This document shows positions 38,740-43,255 of a DNA stretch of 43,255 nucleotides, in pieces. This DNA is from Octopus bimaculoides (taxonomy: Eukaryota), in contig NC_068981.1 in NCBI RefSeq assembly GCF_001194135.2, forward strand, positions 60,017,998-60,061,252, read 5' to 3'. Positions within the stretch are counted from its first letter, which is position 1; every line of letters starts with the position of its first letter. The notes under the pieces were generated by a model. That model saw only the letters and a list, made by a program, of their open reading frames with translations, made no database searches and had not been told where the DNA came from. The translations under genes were made by a program, and so were the position numbers.

Positions 38740-40818
38740 NNNNNNNNNNNNNNNNNNNNNNNNNNNNNNNNNNNNNNNNNNNNNNNNNNNNNNNNNNNNN
38801 NNNNNNNNNNNNNNNNNNNNNNNGTGTGTATATGTGTGTGTATGTGTGTGTGCGTGCGTGTCTGTGTGTGTGTGTGTGCATGTGTGTGTGTGAATGGATG
38901 TTTATATATGTATATATCCATATACATACTTACATGCACACAAACATGCATAACGAGAGTAAAAGTTCGATAATAACTTCTTGATATGAACACCGTTGTC
39001 TTTTTCACTCTTAAAGGGAAAAAACTTTGCGTGACATCCAAACGTAAGCATGTTGTTATGTTTTGATAATATCAGCGCAGACTTTGTGCATATTGTGTAG
39101 TTTCCGTGTGGATGATGATTGAGTGCAAGTGCTTAAAGAAAAATGAAGTCAAATATCTTCTCAAGAAAAAGAAAGAAAGAAAAGTAAACAATGGACGCCA
39201 GCTAGTAGTTCATTATGAAATAAGAAAGGTGTGTTGTGAATAAAAACGAACAATAAGGCACAACAGAGGTAATAGAGTGTAGATTAGAGTGACCTATATT
39301 TGTAGTACATCTCACAGTAGCGTCTAAAAAGAATGGCCCAATTAATCCTCTTGATGATAAGCCAGACTACACTTTAATTCCTGGTAACTTAACATGGTGT
39401 TCCACCATAACATGCGGATTCTCAGGTCCCAGTAGGTGCAATTGTGGCGGTAAATTGAACTATTTTTTAACCATAAAAATAAACAAAAATCAACATACCC
39501 CGATGAACACTCCATATGTTTATTTTTGTTTATTTTTATGTGTCTTGACCTTACGTGTACTGATGCAGATTACTACGGTGACTATGAAACCGTTGGTCAC
39601 CGTTAACTTAAAAGTTTTTAGGAGGTTAGCTTTGAAAGTTGCATTCCCTCGCGATCAGTAAAAATGTGCTTATTATAGAAGTTTGACTTCTGGAGTCCCT
39701 CTTAGCGTGAGGCATTGTTGTATAGTAATGCCCTTATATGAATTAAATACATTTATAGGGAAAAATGATGGGGTTTTTTCCCTTATGAGGTTTTTTCACG
39801 CTAACTACTTGATAAATTCTTATAAAGTCCTTATCCTATTATTGAATTATATATATNNNNNNNNNNNNNNNNNNNNNNNNNNNNNNNNNNNNNNNNNNNN
39901 NNNNNNNNNNNNNNNNNNNNNNNNNNNNNNNNNNNNNNNNNNNNNNNNNNNNNNNNNNNNNNNNNNNNNNNNNNNNNNNNNNNNNNNNNNNNNNNNNNNN
40001 NNNNNNNNNNNNNNNNNNNNNNNNNNNNNNNNNNNNNNNNNNNNNNNNNNNNNNNNNNNNNNNNNNNNNNNNNNNNNNNNNNNNNNNNNNNNNNNNNNNN
40101 NNNNNNNNNNNNNNNNNNNNNNNNNNNNNNNNNNNNNNNNNNNNNNNNNNNNNNNNNNNNNNNNNNNNNNNNNNNNNNNNNNNNNNNNNNNNNNNNNNNN
40201 NNNNNNNNNNNNNNNNNNNNNNNNNNNNNNNNNNNNNNNNNNNNNNNNNNNNNNNNNNNNNNNNNNNNNNNNNNNNNNNNNNNNNNNNNNNNNNNNNNNN
40301 NNNNNNNNNNNNNNNNNNNNNNNNNNNNNNNNNNNNNNNNNNNNNNNNNNNNNNNNNNNNNNNNNNNNNNNNNNNNNNNNNNNNNNNNNNNNNNNNNNNN
40401 NNNNNNNNNNNNNNNNNNNNNNNNNNNNNNNNNNNNNNNNNNNNNNNNNNNNNNNNNNNNNNNNNNNNNNNNNNNNNNNNNNNNNNNNNNNNNNNNNNNN
40501 NNNNNNNNNNNNNNNNNNNNNNNNNNNNNNNNNNNNNNNNNNNNNNNNNNNNNNNNNNNNNNNNNNNNNNNNNNNNNNNNNNNNNNNNNNNNNNNNNNNN
40601 NNNNNNNNNNNNNNNNNNNNNNNNNNNNNNNNNNNNNNNNNNNNNNNNNNNNNNNNNNNNNNNNNNNNNNNNNNNNNNNNNNNNNNNNNNNNNNNNNNNN
40701 NNNNNNNNNNNNNNNNNNNNNNNNNNNNNNNNNNNNNNNNNNNNNNNNNNNNNNNNNNNNNNNNNNNNNNNNNNNNNNNNNNNNNNNNNNNNNNNNNNNN
40801 NNNNNNNNNNNNNNNNNN

Positions 40819-41115
40819 TTATTCTTTGTAAGCCTAGTACTTATTCTAGCGTCTCTTTTGCCGAACCGCTAGGTGACGGGGACACAAACACACCAGCATC
40901 GGTTGTCAAGCAATGCTAGGGGGACAAACACAAACACACACATACACACACATATATATAGATATATACGACGGGCTTCTTTCAGTTTCCGTCTACCAAA
41001 TCCACTCACAAGGCTTTGGTCGGCCCGAGGCTATAGTAGAAGACACTTGCCCAAGGTGCCACGCAGTGAGACTGAACCCGGAACCATGTGGTCGGTAAGC
41101 AAGCTACTTACCACA
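40819..41115 (-). mobile_element. SINE family B copy, head truncated, 3' end in gap
   Basis: Reverse complement closely matches 37470-37775 (gtggtaagtagcttgctt...ccacatggttccgggttcagtc...gccttgtgagtggat...gaataagtactaggc). Confidence 0.9.
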
Positions 41116-41665
41116 ACAAAATTTTAATTGTCAGTACTATACATCCGAAAACGAAGTCGTGCTTACAGTGATTTATAAGACTTGAATGGGGTACATGTTT
41201 ATATTAAAAATTCAAATAATAAAAAAATAATAAATGATGATAAAAAATAATACAAATGATAAGATATAAAATGTAAATGAAGTAAGATATAAGAACATGA
41301 AACCGTGTATGCGTGTATAGATACATGTATTCGACGGAGTCAATTAAAATCAGTTAAAAACCTACGGCCGTTTCAAAAAATATTCAGGGGCTGATTTTTA
41401 TTTTCCATGGTTTTTAACTGACTTTACCTTCATGATATCTCGTATTACTGAACTCTCTTTATTCTGTATGTATCTACACACTCATACACGGTTTCATGTT
41501 CTTATATCTTACTTCATTTACAATTTATATCTTATTTTTATTATTCTTTTATTATCTATTATTATATTTTATTATTTGAATTTTTAATGTAGACATGTAT
41601 CGCATCCAAGTCTCTGTAAGCACCATTTCGTTTTCGGATGTGTAGTTCTGACAACTGAAATTTGT
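41116..41665. mobile_element. ~550-bp foldback / long inverted-repeat element
   Basis: Arms of about 250 bp (41116-41362 and 41409-41665) are imperfect reverse complements, e.g. acatccgaaaacgaa/ttcgttttcggatgt and gaagtaagatataagaacatgaaaccgtgtatg/catacacggtttcatgttcttatatcttacttc. Confidence 0.88.
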
Positions 41666-42012
41666 ATCTCCTCCACACAAAAATTTATTACTCCTTAGCT
41701 CACATACGAGTACAAAAAAAAACAACTTTTGTACTATAAACGGAGTATTGTTTCCATTAAAAATTCTCTTATTCTATACACACACACACACATGTTTGTA
41801 TAATGATAGAACACTTATCTACAATTGCTACGAAGCCTACAGCGTCTCTACTCAGATTATAAATTCATGCGATTGTACCTGCACCTTACAAATACAACGT
41901 CTAAGCAGAACTGTAAAATTATGTATGTTCTTTCTCAAAAATCAACACATGCCACTTTTGTTATATACATATATACATACACACTTTCAAATATGTTTGC
42001 TTGTTTTTTTTA

Positions 42013-42053
<41 letters not shown>

Positions 42054-42729
42054 ATTTTGGGATTTATGTCGAGTTATAATAAAAACATTTGAACACTAAG
42101 CTGAAAAATTACTCGATACGCTTTCGCAGAGTACATATTTCTTATATTTTTACACGAAGTTGGGTAATTGCTAGCTGTCGTCGTGGATAGTCAACGAAGG
42201 ATAGCCGGTGAAAACTTCGCCGTCACTGTAATACATACATATAATATATACATACATATGCATATGTGCCTTGTGTGAGTGTAGGTTTATGCATATTCAT
42301 GCAGTTTGTGCAGGAATAATAGATACAAAATATTTGATGTACATAAAATTGATGAAAGAAACATTATGATTGCATATGAATAAAATTTACATTTTATACA
42401 TGTTAGTAATAATCATTTTATCTTTGTAAAATGTTGTATTGTCGGCAGCCATATGGAGCTATTGTATACGAACAGTGTTTTTCCTGCTCATCAATCCCAG
42501 CTGTTTTTATTTCTAGTATTATCCTCGGCAAATAACAATTTAAGTGCTCTTCTTCTAAAGGAAATATAGGTGAGAAATCATTTGTTAATCGATGGATCGA
42601 AAAAAAAAGCAACATAACAGAGAAAAGAGTTTAGGTCATTCACTTTTATATCTTATAAGATCATGTTATATTATTTGTATCATTATATAAAATGATAACG
42701 CAAGCTCGAATATATCTATGGAAACAACT

Positions 42730-42825
42730 TGGTCATGTGTTGAAACGCTTTCACTATCATGTGAATGCGGTTTCAGTCCATTGTAGGGTACCTTGGGCAA
42801 GTAGCTTCTAGCGTAGCCGGAAATT
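42730..42825 (+). mobile_element. Old SINE family B head fragment
   Basis: gcggtttcagtccattgtagggtaccttgggcaagtagcttctagcgtagcc resembles ggttcagtcccac.gcgtg.caccttgggcaagtgtcttctactatagcc. Confidence 0.55.
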
Positions 42826-42997
42826 GATATGGGCTTTTTCAATATAATAGGGTAGTCAGAGGCGCAGAATTTTCGCTTCTACAATTCTACATATTTTTTG
42901 GTTGTAATCTCCATCCTTTATTCGATTTAACCATCTTATTTGACTTGTATATATGTCCAAGTCTTATATGTATATAATGATGCTAATAATAGTAACG

Positions 42998-43070
<73 letters not shown>
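42998..43070. repeat. (AAT)n microsatellite
   Basis: Directly visible. Confidence 0.97.
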
Positions 43071-43255
43071 GGAAATGTCTGGAAATGTATAAAATAGCTC
43101 CTACTCTGCGAAACTTTTTATCTGTAAGTATGAGATCATGGAGAACCACACTGATGTTGAACAATGACAATGAATCTCTAAATGCTGGAGATGTAAGAAT
43201 TTCATGTGGCATTTTCCAGGGTGATTCACTATCACCACTCCTCTTCTGTCTACCC

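Overview
AT-rich eukaryotic DNA, dense in microsatellites and with N-gaps at microsatellites. The SINE types and assembly style suggest a cephalopod, probably Octopus (inference). The only host gene I can support is on the minus strand: a class C orphan GPCR of the GPR158/GPR179/Drosophila CG31760 family (Cache-like domain, EGF-like and Cys-rich segments, 7TM). I read six in-phase coding exons from GT-AG boundaries: 20753/20713-20032, 18129-17959, 9209-9023, 8247-7912, 5725-5657 and 1617-1508. They give about 531 codons through TM3, and three of them are absent from the ORF track. The 3' half of the gene is not visible (off the left edge or in the 998-1328 gap), and the true N-terminus is unresolved. 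The rest is transposon debris: two mariners, one Tc1, an R4/Dong-like REL non-LTR element, two RTE LINE remnants, a Helitron fragment split by a tRNA-derived SINE, two SINE-like families and three inverted-repeat elements. I found no prokaryotic-type system and cannot support a wholly new multi-gene system. The most interesting items are unusual features of the receptor, the hairpin elements and the nested or targeted insertions.
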